From assembly GCA_021793135.1 (NCBI GenBank), contig JAJYTI010000001.1, positions 1-44,224 of the forward strand: a stretch of 44,224 nucleotides of DNA, written 5' to 3'. Within the stretch, counting starts at the first letter, position 1, and each line of letters starts with the position of its first letter. The DNA comes from Bacteroidota bacterium. GTDB lineage: Bacteria; Bacteroidota; Bacteroidia; Flavobacteriales; Flavobacteriaceae. The position numbers and the translations under genes were made by a program. Below, piece after piece: positions 1 through 8,837 of the stretch. Under the pieces are notes generated by a model, which had not been told where the DNA came from, ran no database searches, and saw only the letters and a list, made by a program, of their open reading frames with translations.

Positions 1-463
1 TAAGTACTTTATAACCTCCTTCAAACGATTTAAGTGATAAAGCTTTACTTATTTCTTTTGCTTCTGATACTCCTATGTTCCCTTGTTTATTTCCAATACC
101 AATATATTGTAGCCATTGATAAACCGAACCATATGGATTTTTTGTGATAAATTCTCGCCACTCGGCCATGTAATCTTTCGAGATAGCGGGTCTATTCATT
201 CCCGTTCTCCTATTTACAGGAAAGATATAATGTAAATCTGGATGATTGCCCTCTAATACTCTTTTTGCACAATTATAATATGCTGTCGAACCTTTTTCAT
301 GTGTACTACATAATATAGCTTGTGCATAGGCTATAGCCATAGGAAGTGTACCACTACCAGTAGTTCCATATAATAATTGAGCATGGGGAACACGCATGGT
401 ATCGATTCCATGTTGTAATTGCTTCTTTAATTGGTCTTGACCTATGACTTGTTCGAAATACAT
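1..463 (-). CDS. holB: DNA polymerase III subunit delta' (clamp loader), N-terminal part only; gene runs off the left edge
   Basis: Not in the ORF track because no stop lies in the window. Reverse-strand ATG at 463..461 opens MYFEQVIGQDQLKKQLQHGIDTMRVPHAQLLYGTTGSGTLPMAIAYAQAILCSTHEKGSTAYYNCAKRVLEGNHPDLHYIFPV (hand translated). The HAxLxxG-xxGxG P-loop-like segment, Cys-rich stretch and HPD motif are typical of HolB. In-frame codons span 2..463. Confidence 0.7.
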   Translation of the reverse strand, partial: MYFEQVIGQDQLKKQLQHGIDTMRVPHAQLLYGTTGSGTLPMAIAYAQAILCSTHEKGSTAYYNCAKRVLEGNHPDLHYIFPVNRRTGMNRPAISKDYMAEWREFITKNPYGSVYQWLQYIGIGNKQGNIGVSEAKEISKALSLKSFEGGYKVL

Positions 464-566
464 ATCGCAAATGTACATTATTTTACACATTTTAATTTCA
501 AATTTGTATTTCGGAGCAATTCCCATAGAAAAATATGCTTCCGCTTTAGAAGCAATTGAAAATCTG

Positions 567-574
567 TATATTTG
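567..574 (+). promoter_or_regulatory. Bacteroidota-type -7 promoter box (TAnnTTTG) for pgk
   Basis: tatatttg matches TAnnTTTG exactly, 20 nt upstream of the pgk ATG, in the divergent holB/pgk intergenic region. Confidence 0.4.
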
Positions 575-594
575 TTTGGCTTAAATAATAATCT

Positions 595-1788
595 ATGAAA
601 ACGATAAAAGACTTCGATTTTAGCAATAAAAAAGCATTGATCCGTGTGGATTTTAACGTTCCTATGGACGAAAATAAAAACGTAACAGATACCACACGTA
701 TTCAAGCTGCAAAAGCAAGTATTGACTATATTTTAAAAAATGGTGGTACCTGTGTGCTTATGTCTCACTTAGGACGTCCTAAAGGAAAAGATAAAGAATT
801 ATCTTTAAAACATATAGTTCCAGCAGTTTCTCAAGTTCTTGGAGTACCAGTAACTTTTATTGATGATTGTATTGGAGCCAAAGTAGAAGAGGAAGTAAAT
901 GCACTTCCTACTGGTTCTGTTGCTTTATTAGAAAATCTTCGCTTTTATGAGGAAGAGCAAAAAGGAGATAAGACTTTTGCTGAGGCTTTAGCTAAAAATG
1001 GAGATATATATGTGAATGATGCCTTTGGTACTGCACATAGAAAACATGCTTCTACAGCTGTAATTGCCGAATCGTTTGGTAAAAATGTTTGTTTCGGGTT
1101 ATTACTAGCATCAGAAATAGAAAGTATCAATAAAGTCTTGCATGATAATAATAAACCAGTAACTGCAATTATAGGAGGGGCAAAGGTTTCTTCTAAAATT
1201 ACTGTAATAGAAAATATTCTAGACGCTATAGACCACCTTATTATTGGTGGCGGAATGGCATTTACATTTTTAAAAGCACAAGGTGGACAAATAGGAAATT
1301 CTTTGGTAGAAGACGATAAAATGCAAGTAGCATTAGATGTTTTAAAGAAAGCCAAAGAGAAAAATGTATCGGTACATTTACCGATAGATGTTGTAGTTGC
1401 CGACGCATTTAAAAATGATGCCAATACGAAAACAGTCCCAGCAAATGAAATTCCTGAAGGATGGATGGGACTAGATAATGGTGAAGAAAGCAATAAAGCT
1501 TTCCGTGATATTATTTTGAAATCGAAAACCATTTTATGGAACGGACCAGTAGGAGTGTTTGAAATGTCATCGTTTGCAAATGGCACTATAGCTATTGGAA
1601 AAGCCATAGCGGAAGCTACAGGAAAAGGTGCTTTCTCTTTAGTAGGAGGCGGTGATTCTGTTGCTGCAACAAAACAATTAGGTTTGACCGATGCTATGAG
1701 CTATATATCGACTGGTGGTGGGGCCATGTTAGAAATGTTAGAAGGAAAAGATTTGCCTGGAATTATAGCAATTCAAAATGCTAAATAA
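595..1788 (+). CDS. pgk: phosphoglycerate kinase
   Basis: 397 aa with RVDFNVP, SHLGRPKG, GGGDS and STGGGA motifs characteristic of PGK. Confidence 0.97.
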   Translation: MKTIKDFDFSNKKALIRVDFNVPMDENKNVTDTTRIQAAKASIDYILKNGGTCVLMSHLGRPKGKDKELSLKHIVPAVSQVLGVPVTFIDDCIGAKVEEEVNALPTGSVALLENLRFYEEEQKGDKTFAEALAKNGDIYVNDAFGTAHRKHASTAVIAESFGKNVCFGLLLASEIESINKVLHDNNKPVTAIIGGAKVSSKITVIENILDAIDHLIIGGGMAFTFLKAQGGQIGNSLVEDDKMQVALDVLKKAKEKNVSVHLPIDVVVADAFKNDANTKTVPANEIPEGWMGLDNGEESNKAFRDIILKSKTILWNGPVGVFEMSSFANGTIAIGKAIAEATGKGAFSLVGGGDSVAATKQLGLTDAMSYISTGGGAMLEMLEGKDLPGIIAIQNAK

Positions 1789-1830
1789 GGCAACTTATAC
1801 CTAAATGAAACTTTTCACGTTTTAAGTATT

Positions 1831-3369
1831 ATGAAACGATTCGTATTATCTCTTTTTTTAGCATCCAGTAGTTTTTTTGCTGTAGGACAAGAATCATATA
1901 AACTGCAAATGGATTTGCTAAAAGAAATAGAAGCAAGTACAATTGCTAAAAACAAAGGCCAATTGCAAGTAGCAAAAGAGTTGGTTTTAAATGATTCGAT
2001 TACTTACACTTTACATGAAGTAATTGAAGCAAGAAAAATAGATAGTTTATGGCTTTCCTTGCTTTATAATGATACCGAAAGATATAACGAAATGTATTCT
2101 ACGGTTTCTGAACAAACTTTTGAGAAAGTAAATTATGATGAGCTACCTACAGAATTGCTAAAAGAACGATTGGAAGAATTAAATGCTCGAACCCCATTTA
2201 ATGTAGAATACAATCCTAAGTTAGAGAGTGTAATTAAGCAATACTTAAAACATCGAAATAAAAATCTAAGTCGAATTATAGGGTTGAGTAAATATTACTT
2301 CCCTATGTTCGAAGAGATTTTAGACAAACATAATTTACCTTTAGAATTAAAATATTTAGCGGTAGTTGAATCTGGTCTTGATCCCCGAGCAAAATCACCT
2401 GCAGGTGCTTCGGGTTTATGGCAGTTTATGTATAGAACAGGAAAAGCCTTTGGATTGGAATCTAATTCTTATGTAGACGATAGAAATGATCCAGTATTAT
2501 CCACAGAAGCTGCAAGTGAATACCTCACATATCTATATAATAGTATGGAGGATTGGGATTTGGCATTAGCAGCTTATAATTCAGGTCCAGGTAATGTTAG
2601 CAAAGCGATACGTCGTTCTGGGGGAAGCAAAAATTATTGGAATATTCGACCTTATTTACCTAGAGAAACTGCTAATTATCTTCCAGCATTTTTAGCTACG
2701 ATGTATATTTTTGAATATGCCGAAGAACATGGTATTTATGTCGAAGGTCCAGCTTTACCTGTAATAGCAACCGATACTATTCATGTTAAAGAACAAATAT
2801 CCTTACCACAAATCGCAAAAATAACCGATTTACCACTTTCCGAGTTACAGTTTTTGAATCCATCTTATAAATTGGATATTATTCCAAGTGTAAAAGATAA
2901 AAATTATATCTTAAGATTGCCTATCGAAGCAGTAGGTACATTTGTTGCCAATGAAGAAAAAATCTATGCTTATGCTAATGAAGATTTTAATAAAGGCGAA
3001 AAAACAAGACAAGAATTATTTCAAGAGCCAGAACCTATTCGTTATCGAGTTAAAAGTGGCGATTATTTAGGGAAAATAGCAAATAGGTATGGAGTGACCG
3101 TAGCAGAAATTAAACGTTGGAATGGTTTACGAAATAATAACTTACGAATAGGCCAGAACCTTACTATTCATCCTAAAAACAACATAGCATCTTCTAGTAA
3201 TTCTACGAATACCAATACTATAAAGGAATATATTGTAAAGGCTGGAGATTCCCTTTGGAGCATTTCAAGAAAATTTCCTGGAGTTTCTATTGAAAATATC
3301 AAAGAATGGAACGGTATTAGCAGTAGTAATTTAAAGCCAGGAATGCGGCTTAAAATTAATCAAAGTTAA
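1831..3369 (+). CDS. membrane-bound lytic murein transglycosylase (MltD-like) with two C-terminal LysM domains
   Basis: Signal peptide. SLT core VVESGLDPRAKSPAGASGLWQFM ... AYNSGPGNV. Two LysM repeats (YRVKSGDYLGKIANRYGVTVAEIKRWNGL..., YIVKAGDSLWSISRKFPGVSIENIKEWNGI...) separated by an S/N/T linker. Confidence 0.85.
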   Translation: MKRFVLSLFLASSSFFAVGQESYKLQMDLLKEIEASTIAKNKGQLQVAKELVLNDSITYTLHEVIEARKIDSLWLSLLYNDTERYNEMYSTVSEQTFEKVNYDELPTELLKERLEELNARTPFNVEYNPKLESVIKQYLKHRNKNLSRIIGLSKYYFPMFEEILDKHNLPLELKYLAVVESGLDPRAKSPAGASGLWQFMYRTGKAFGLESNSYVDDRNDPVLSTEAASEYLTYLYNSMEDWDLALAAYNSGPGNVSKAIRRSGGSKNYWNIRPYLPRETANYLPAFLATMYIFEYAEEHGIYVEGPALPVIATDTIHVKEQISLPQIAKITDLPLSELQFLNPSYKLDIIPSVKDKNYILRLPIEAVGTFVANEEKIYAYANEDFNKGEKTRQELFQEPEPIRYRVKSGDYLGKIANRYGVTVAEIKRWNGLRNNNLRIGQNLTIHPKNNIASSSNSTNTNTIKEYIVKAGDSLWSISRKFPGVSIENIKEWNGISSSNLKPGMRLKINQS

Positions 3370-3380
3370 ATCATATTAAT

Positions 3381-4370
3381 ATGCGATTTGTTTACGTTTC
3401 TTTGCTGCTCACATTTTTATGTTTGAGTGGTTGTTCGGATGAAGGAGGTAAGAAAAAAGGCTCTTATCTACCCTCGTCAAATGGTAATATTAACAGCTTA
3501 CAAGTAGTGATGCCTAATGAATATTGGAGTGAATCGGTAGGAGAAACCGTTAGAGAATATTTTGCTGCGCCCACCGATGGATTACCACAAGACGAACCGT
3601 TATTTTCAATGAGACAATTGCCGCCAAATGCATTTGAAGGATTTGCACGTAATAGCCGTTTATTCCTATATGTGAATAAAGGGGAAAAAGACACGGTAAT
3701 TGTAAAACAAAATTGGTATGCAAAACCTCAGATAGGTGTATCGATTACAGCGCAAAATACCGATCAGTTAGAAGAATTTATTAAAGATAATCATGAAGCT
3801 ATAATAGATGTTTTCAAAAAATCGGAGCTAAAAGAGCGACAAAGACGCACCAATCTATCTTTACTTAATTTAAAAGGTTTATCCGAGACTTTTGGAATAG
3901 ATTTAAAAGTTCCGTCAGCTTATCGAATTGCATTAGCTACAGAAGAATTTTATTGGCTTAGAAAAAGTTTAGAGTCTGGTACAACCAATATTATGGTATA
4001 TCAAGTACCATTAGATTATATTGATGAAGAAAATGTAATTGGAAGTATTATTCAAATTAGAGATACTATAGGAAGTAGATTATTACCAGTAGAAGATGAT
4101 AGTCCATTTATTACTGAGGCTGCCTATGCACCCTACCTACAAGAAGTAGAATTAGATGATAAGAAAGCATACGAAAGTAAAGGTACTTGGGAGGTTAAAG
4201 ATGCTTTTATGGGAGGACCATTTATAAACTATGCAATAGAAGATAAAGCAAATAATCGTTATCTAATTATTGAAGGTTTTACTCATGCTCCTTCCGTAGA
4301 AAAACGTGATTTACAATTTGAACTAGAATCTATTTTAAAAACTGTAAAGTTCATAGACAATAAAGAATAA
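3381..4370 (+). CDS. lipoprotein of unknown function (resembles the DUF4837 family from memory)
   Basis: Signal peptide with lipobox LSGC (MRFVYVSLLLTFLCLSGC). 329 aa with no catalytic motif recognised. The family name is recalled from the typical flavobacterial position next to the LysM transglycosylase and is not verified. Confidence 0.5.
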   Translation: MRFVYVSLLLTFLCLSGCSDEGGKKKGSYLPSSNGNINSLQVVMPNEYWSESVGETVREYFAAPTDGLPQDEPLFSMRQLPPNAFEGFARNSRLFLYVNKGEKDTVIVKQNWYAKPQIGVSITAQNTDQLEEFIKDNHEAIIDVFKKSELKERQRRTNLSLLNLKGLSETFGIDLKVPSAYRIALATEEFYWLRKSLESGTTNIMVYQVPLDYIDEENVIGSIIQIRDTIGSRLLPVEDDSPFITEAAYAPYLQEVELDDKKAYESKGTWEVKDAFMGGPFINYAIEDKANNRYLIIEGFTHAPSVEKRDLQFELESILKTVKFIDNKE

Positions 4371-4392
4371 TATTTCGTGGAGTTAAGTGTTT

Positions 4393-4440
4393 AAAAAAAT
4401 AGTCCTTATGCATGTGATATCACAGACATAAGGACTATTT
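4393..4440. terminator. bidirectional intrinsic terminator between the lipoprotein gene (+) and tatA (-)
   Basis: Perfect 14-bp arms aaatagtccttatg (4397..4410) and cataaggactattt (4427..4440), with an inner palindrome tgtgatatcaca. A7 at 4393..4399 gives a U7 tail on the minus strand. An A/T-rich tail follows on the plus strand. Confidence 0.75.
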
Positions 4441-4459
4441 ATATTTAAATAAAATAGGG

Positions 4460-4639
4460 TTATTCTATTTTATCTATATCATCTTCGTTCTTAGTAGCAT
4501 CTTTAAACTCTTTAATGCCAGTACCGAGCCCTCTCATAAGCTCAGGAATCTTCTTACCTCCAAATAGTAAAAGAGCTAGTATTACAACTATTGCAATTTG
4601 CCATGGACCAATTGCCAATGGGATTAGTAATGCTTCCAT
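4460..4639 (-). CDS. tatA: twin-arginine translocase subunit TatA/TatE
   Basis: 59 aa, so below the ORF-track length cut-off. Hand translation: MEALLIPLAIGPWQIAIVVILALLLFGGKKIPELMRGLGTGIKEFKDATKNEDDIDKIE. It has one N-terminal TM helix, the LLFG-xxK-(I/L)PE hinge and an amphipathic helix, as in TatA. Confidence 0.85.
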   Translation of the reverse strand: MEALLIPLAIGPWQIAIVVILALLLFGGKKIPELMRGLGTGIKEFKDATKNEDDIDKIE

Positions 4640-4659
4640 ATTATTTAAATTTAATGGTA

Positions 4660-4667
4660 CAAAGATA
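4660..4667 (-). promoter_or_regulatory. -7 promoter box (TAnnTTTG) for tatA
   Basis: The minus strand reads tatctttg, about 20 nt upstream of the tatA ATG. Confidence 0.35.
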
Positions 4668-4732
4668 AAAATAAAAAAGTTACTAGGTGCTTTCTAGTAG
4701 TTAATAAGCACAATTTCTATTCAAGATTACGT

Positions 4733-4740
4733 TATATTTG
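4733..4740 (+). promoter_or_regulatory. -7 promoter box (TAnnTTTG) for the M23 peptidase gene
   Basis: tatatttg ends 7 nt before the ATG at 4748, which implies a near-leaderless transcript. Confidence 0.4.
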
Positions 4741-4747
4741 TAAAACT

Positions 4748-5611
4748 ATGGCAGTAAAAGAGAACAAAAGGAAAAATTTAAAACGCAAATTACTTTATAA
4801 GTATCGATTGGTAATTCTAAATCAGGATACCTTCGAAGAGCGTTTTTCCTTGCGCTTAAATCGATTAAATGTTTTTGTTTACAGCACATTATTTGCATTG
4901 ATAGTAATTGGATTGACCATTGTTTTAATTGCATTTACAGGTCTTAGAGAGTATATTCCAGGATATTCCTCTGCAAGTGTTACTAGAAAGGCTATAGTTT
5001 TAGAACAAAGAGTAGATTCTTTACAAAATGTATTGGCTGTAAATGAACAATATTTTAAATCTATTCAGCGCGTATTGTCTGGTGAGATAGAACCACAAGA
5101 AGAAGACAAACTGGAAATAACGAGAGAAGAAATAGATAAAAGTAGTGTAATAAATTCGGAACCTTCTGTACACGATTCCATTTTAAGAGAAAAAGTGGAG
5201 CAAGAAGATAAATATAATCCACTGGTGAATAATGCTGATGTAAGTCTTGTGCTTTTTCCACCAGTAAAGGGGAAAATATCGGAAGGATTTTCCTTAGAGA
5301 CAAAACATTATGCTGTAGATATTATACCAGAACCACATACTCCTGTTAAATCTGTGGCCGATGGAATAATAATTTTTGCAGAATGGTCTGTAGATACAGG
5401 AAATGTTATTATTGTTAAACATAACAATGATTTGGTGTCGGTGTATAAACACAATGCTAGTTTAGCAAAATCACAAGGAGATTTGGTTAAAGCTGGCGAA
5501 GTGATTGGTACGGTTGGAAATTCAGGAAGTTTAACAACAGGACCACATTTACATTTTGAATTATGGTATGATGGATATCCGATAGATCCTACAAACTTTA
5601 TCGAATTTTAA
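4748..5611 (+). CDS. M23 family metallopeptidase (murein endopeptidase-like), membrane anchored
   Basis: N-terminal TM helix, coiled-coil-like linker, then M23 motifs HYAVD (HxxxD) and GPHLHFE (HxH). Confidence 0.9.
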   Translation: MAVKENKRKNLKRKLLYKYRLVILNQDTFEERFSLRLNRLNVFVYSTLFALIVIGLTIVLIAFTGLREYIPGYSSASVTRKAIVLEQRVDSLQNVLAVNEQYFKSIQRVLSGEIEPQEEDKLEITREEIDKSSVINSEPSVHDSILREKVEQEDKYNPLVNNADVSLVLFPPVKGKISEGFSLETKHYAVDIIPEPHTPVKSVADGIIIFAEWSVDTGNVIIVKHNNDLVSVYKHNASLAKSQGDLVKAGEVIGTVGNSGSLTTGPHLHFELWYDGYPIDPTNFIEF

Positions 5612-5626
5612 AAAGTAAAATATCCT

Positions 5627-7114
5627 ATGTCTATAAAGGCAATATTATCTAAATATTATGCAAAAATTGCGGTTTGGCAAATAAAAAAATGGGCGTCAAA
5701 GCCATTAGAAACACAAGAAAAAGTGTTCAAATCTCTTATTGAAACCGCTTCAAATACCAAGTTTGGTAAAGATCACAGTTTTAATACAATAAAAACTTAC
5801 GAAGACTTTGCCAAGTATGTGCCTATTCGTGATTACGAAGATTTAAAACCCTATATAGAAGAAGCGGTAGCTGGTAAGGAAGATATTCTTTGGCCAGGAA
5901 AGCCATTGTATTTTGCAAAAACATCAGGAACAACTTCTGGAGCCAAATATATTCCACTTACTAAAGAATCTATTGGCGAACATATAAAAGCGGCTAGAGA
6001 TGCTATTCTAATATACATGGAAGAGACAGGCAAGAACAATTTTGTAGATGGAAAAATGATTTTCCTACAAGGTAGCCCTGAATTGGAAGTGGAGAATGGT
6101 ATCCCACATGGTAGGCTTTCGGGTATTGTAGCTCATTATGTGCCTAATTATCTTCAAAAAAACCGTATGCCTAGTATGGAAACCAACAAGATTGAAGATT
6201 GGGAAACTAAAGTGGAGAAAATAGTAGAAGAGACAATAAATGAGGATATGACACTAATTAGTGGTATTCCATCATGGGTACAAATGTATTTTGAGCGTTT
6301 GGTTCAAAAAACAGGTAAACCAGTAGGCGAACTATTTCCAAATTTCGAACTCTTTATCTATGGAGGCGTAAATTATGAACCTTACCGGTCTAAATTCGAA
6401 AGTTTAATAGGTAGAAAAGTAGATAGTATTGAACTGTATCCTGCAAGCGAAGGTTTTATCGCATATCAAGATAGTCAGAAAGAAGAAGGTTTACTTTTGC
6501 TGTTGGATGCTGGAATATTTTATGAGTTTATACCAGTTGAAACATTTGGGACTAAAGATCAAAAACGTATTTCTATAAGTGAGGTAGAACTAGGAGTGAA
6601 TTATGTAATTATACTATCTACAACCGCAGGATTATGGGGATATAATATAGGCGATACTATTAAATTTACTTCTTTAAATCCCTATAGAATTGTTGTTACA
6701 GGAAGATTGTCTCATTTTATTTCTGCATTTGGCGAACATGTTATTGGTAAAGAGGTTGATCACGCTATGCAAGAAGCACTAAGCAAAATGAATTTTAGTG
6801 TCACCGAATATACGGTGGCTCCTCAGGTAAATCCAGAAGGAGATGCTTTACCATATCATGAATGGCTAATAGAGTTTGATAAAGAACCAACAGACTTATC
6901 GGCTTTAGCCAAAATTCTAGATGAGTCTATGCAAGAGCAGAACTCTTATTATTTTGATCTTATACAAGGAAAGGTGCTACAACCTCTGAAAATCACTGTC
7001 TTACCTAAAGGATGCTTTATAGATTATATGAAAAGACGAGGAAAACTAGGAGGACAAAATAAGGTGCCAAGGTTGTCTAATGATAGAACCTTAGCAGATC
7101 AACTAATAGAATAA
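5627..7114 (+). CDS. GH3 (auxin-responsive promoter) family adenylate-forming enzyme homolog
   Basis: 495 aa. FAKTSGTTSGAKYIPLT matches the GH3/ANL TSGTT-xG-xxK-xIP nucleotide-binding motif. C-terminal GGQNKVPRL resembles the GH3 tail. Confidence 0.8.
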   Translation: MSIKAILSKYYAKIAVWQIKKWASKPLETQEKVFKSLIETASNTKFGKDHSFNTIKTYEDFAKYVPIRDYEDLKPYIEEAVAGKEDILWPGKPLYFAKTSGTTSGAKYIPLTKESIGEHIKAARDAILIYMEETGKNNFVDGKMIFLQGSPELEVENGIPHGRLSGIVAHYVPNYLQKNRMPSMETNKIEDWETKVEKIVEETINEDMTLISGIPSWVQMYFERLVQKTGKPVGELFPNFELFIYGGVNYEPYRSKFESLIGRKVDSIELYPASEGFIAYQDSQKEEGLLLLLDAGIFYEFIPVETFGTKDQKRISISEVELGVNYVIILSTTAGLWGYNIGDTIKFTSLNPYRIVVTGRLSHFISAFGEHVIGKEVDHAMQEALSKMNFSVTEYTVAPQVNPEGDALPYHEWLIEFDKEPTDLSALAKILDESMQEQNSYYFDLIQGKVLQPLKITVLPKGCFIDYMKRRGKLGGQNKVPRLSNDRTLADQLIE

Positions 7115-7142
7115 TTCACTTAATATACTATCTTTGTTTACT

Positions 7143-8837
7143 ATGAAAGAATTAAAGGTGATAGAACGTACTCGAGCACAAGAGAGTACAAGTGCAATTG
7201 AGCGCATTTATGTAACAATGCGTCATTTATTTAATAGAGGTTTTTATAAACCTATGGGGGTTTCAGGAGAAGCACTTAGAGAGGCTTTACTTACATTACG
7301 TCCAGAAATATATGGCTCTATTAGAGAAGATAAAACCGAATTACAAGGTTTGATGTATGTAATGGATAGATTGCCAGAAGGCATAGATGCTTGTAGATTT
7401 ATAAATTTAACAAGTGATGAAGGATATAAAAATTCTCATTTTAAAGTAATTATACCACCTAAACGTCGTAGAAATTGCTATCGTATTGACGAAGAGCAAA
7501 TGAATATTGAGGTGACTCGTGGTAAATCGGAAATATATGATATCCTAACGCATCTTACATTCCTATATATCGAGTCATACAAGATAATGGAAAAAGTGGT
7601 TATCGACGAGCAAGGGAACTTGGTTAGAGATTGGCAAAAGTTAGAAGATATTCTTACAAATAATGAAGAGTTAACACCAGAACAAGTAGAGAAAGCATTA
7701 GTACATGCTGCTTCTTGTTTAGGACGTACATTTCAAGAGCTTAAAAATGTTTATCCTACCTTCTCTATGCCTGGAAATCCGCATCGTTTCTTATGGATAA
7801 TCTATAATTTAGGTCGTTTAGCTATAGACGAAGTTGTAAATAACGATAAACGTATTATTACTTTCAGTCCTGTATTACGTGAACGTATTGGACATCATAT
7901 TCATGGTGAACGTTGGGCATTGGATATAAAAGATGTGCTTTATAAACATGGTTTATTAGAAAGACCTATTCATATTATTAGTGCTAATATGCACAGTGTT
8001 ATGAATACGCTATATGCACAAAAGGCAGTAGGAAAACAGTTTGAAAGTCAAGACAAGTTTGAGTTGTATGAAGCATTGAGTAATGAAGAAAATAGCACAT
8101 TACGTGATGAAGTGTTTAAAATAGCTCAAAAACATGGGATGCATTATATTCAAGACTATAGCGGAACAAATATTAATGTTCAGGTTTTTGATACTTCTAG
8201 ACTTCCAGATGCTAGTGAAATATTTAAAGGTAAAGATAAGGAAGAAATCCCTGTTATCGTAGTTATGGACTATGCATTTGGAGAGCAAGCATACGAAACT
8301 ATGGACGAATTATTACGTCCATACGAGGTAGGAGAGAAAAAAATGTACATGAAAGTAGATTCTGTTTCTATTATGGGGAAAGCAGGAATCTTAGAAGGAG
8401 GCAAAGGAGATATTATGATTCCTACAGCACACGTATTTGAGGGAACTGCAGATAACTATCCTCTAAAGAACGAAATAACAGCTGCCGATTTTGTTGGATA
8501 TGATATAGATACTTACACAGGAAGTATGATTTCTGTACTTGGAACTTCTTTACAAAACAAAGACGTTCTTTCCTTTTTCCAGAAATCTACTTGGAATGTA
8601 ATAGGATTGGAAATGGAGGGAGCACATTATCAAAAAGCGATACAAGCAGCTTCTAAAATTCGTGGGAGTATTAGTCCACAAGTAAAGGTTCGTTATGCAT
8701 ACTATGCATCAGATAATCCATTAGAAACTGGAAGTACACTTGCCAGTGGGGGATTAGGTACTAGTGGTGTAAAACCTACTTACGCTATTACAGATGTTAT
8801 TATAAAACAAATCTTAGAATTGGATAATGACAAATAG
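7143..8837 (+). CDS. conserved-looking hypothetical protein; C-terminal half resembles the nucleoside phosphorylase / AMP nucleosidase (PNP_UDP_1) fold
   Basis: The ORF track starts at a TTG (7134). The first ATG is at 7143 (MKELKV...) and is preferred. C-terminal segments SIMGKAGILEGGKGDIMIP, GLEMEGAHY and YYASDNP follow the G-rich strand / EME / SD order seen in DeoD and MtnN-type enzymes. The N-terminal 370 aa or so has no motif I recognise. Confidence 0.45.
   Translation: MKELKVIERTRAQESTSAIERIYVTMRHLFNRGFYKPMGVSGEALREALLTLRPEIYGSIREDKTELQGLMYVMDRLPEGIDACRFINLTSDEGYKNSHFKVIIPPKRRRNCYRIDEEQMNIEVTRGKSEIYDILTHLTFLYIESYKIMEKVVIDEQGNLVRDWQKLEDILTNNEELTPEQVEKALVHAASCLGRTFQELKNVYPTFSMPGNPHRFLWIIYNLGRLAIDEVVNNDKRIITFSPVLRERIGHHIHGERWALDIKDVLYKHGLLERPIHIISANMHSVMNTLYAQKAVGKQFESQDKFELYEALSNEENSTLRDEVFKIAQKHGMHYIQDYSGTNINVQVFDTSRLPDASEIFKGKDKEEIPVIVVMDYAFGEQAYETMDELLRPYEVGEKKMYMKVDSVSIMGKAGILEGGKGDIMIPTAHVFEGTADNYPLKNEITAADFVGYDIDTYTGSMISVLGTSLQNKDVLSFFQKSTWNVIGLEMEGAHYQKAIQAASKIRGSISPQVKVRYAYYASDNPLETGSTLASGGLGTSGVKPTYAITDVIIKQILELDNDK

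Noticed and set aside
478-705. 75-aa minus-strand ORF spanning the holB/pgk intergenic region and the pgk start
   Set aside because: It overlaps the pgk start and promoter, and the real minus-strand gene (holB) starts at 463 in another frame. The sequence is implausible (Cys/Phe-rich with no motif).
945-1607. 220-aa ORF antisense to pgk, with similar long antisense ORFs at 25686..25964, 33040..33348, 35212..35466, 36315..36641 and 38179..38523
   Set aside because: Each lies entirely inside a confidently identified, highly conserved gene on the other strand. The translations are low-complexity (S/I/A/P-rich) with no motifs. These are the shadow frames expected opposite codon-biased genes.
4515-4697. 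60-aa plus-strand ORF from the track
   Set aside because: It is antisense to a textbook tatA gene that has its own promoter box and terminator, and it has no recognisable features.
7134-7142. TTG start for the 567-aa ORF
   Set aside because: An ATG follows three codons later (7143). TTG is a rare initiator and nothing favours it. The difference is only 3 aa.
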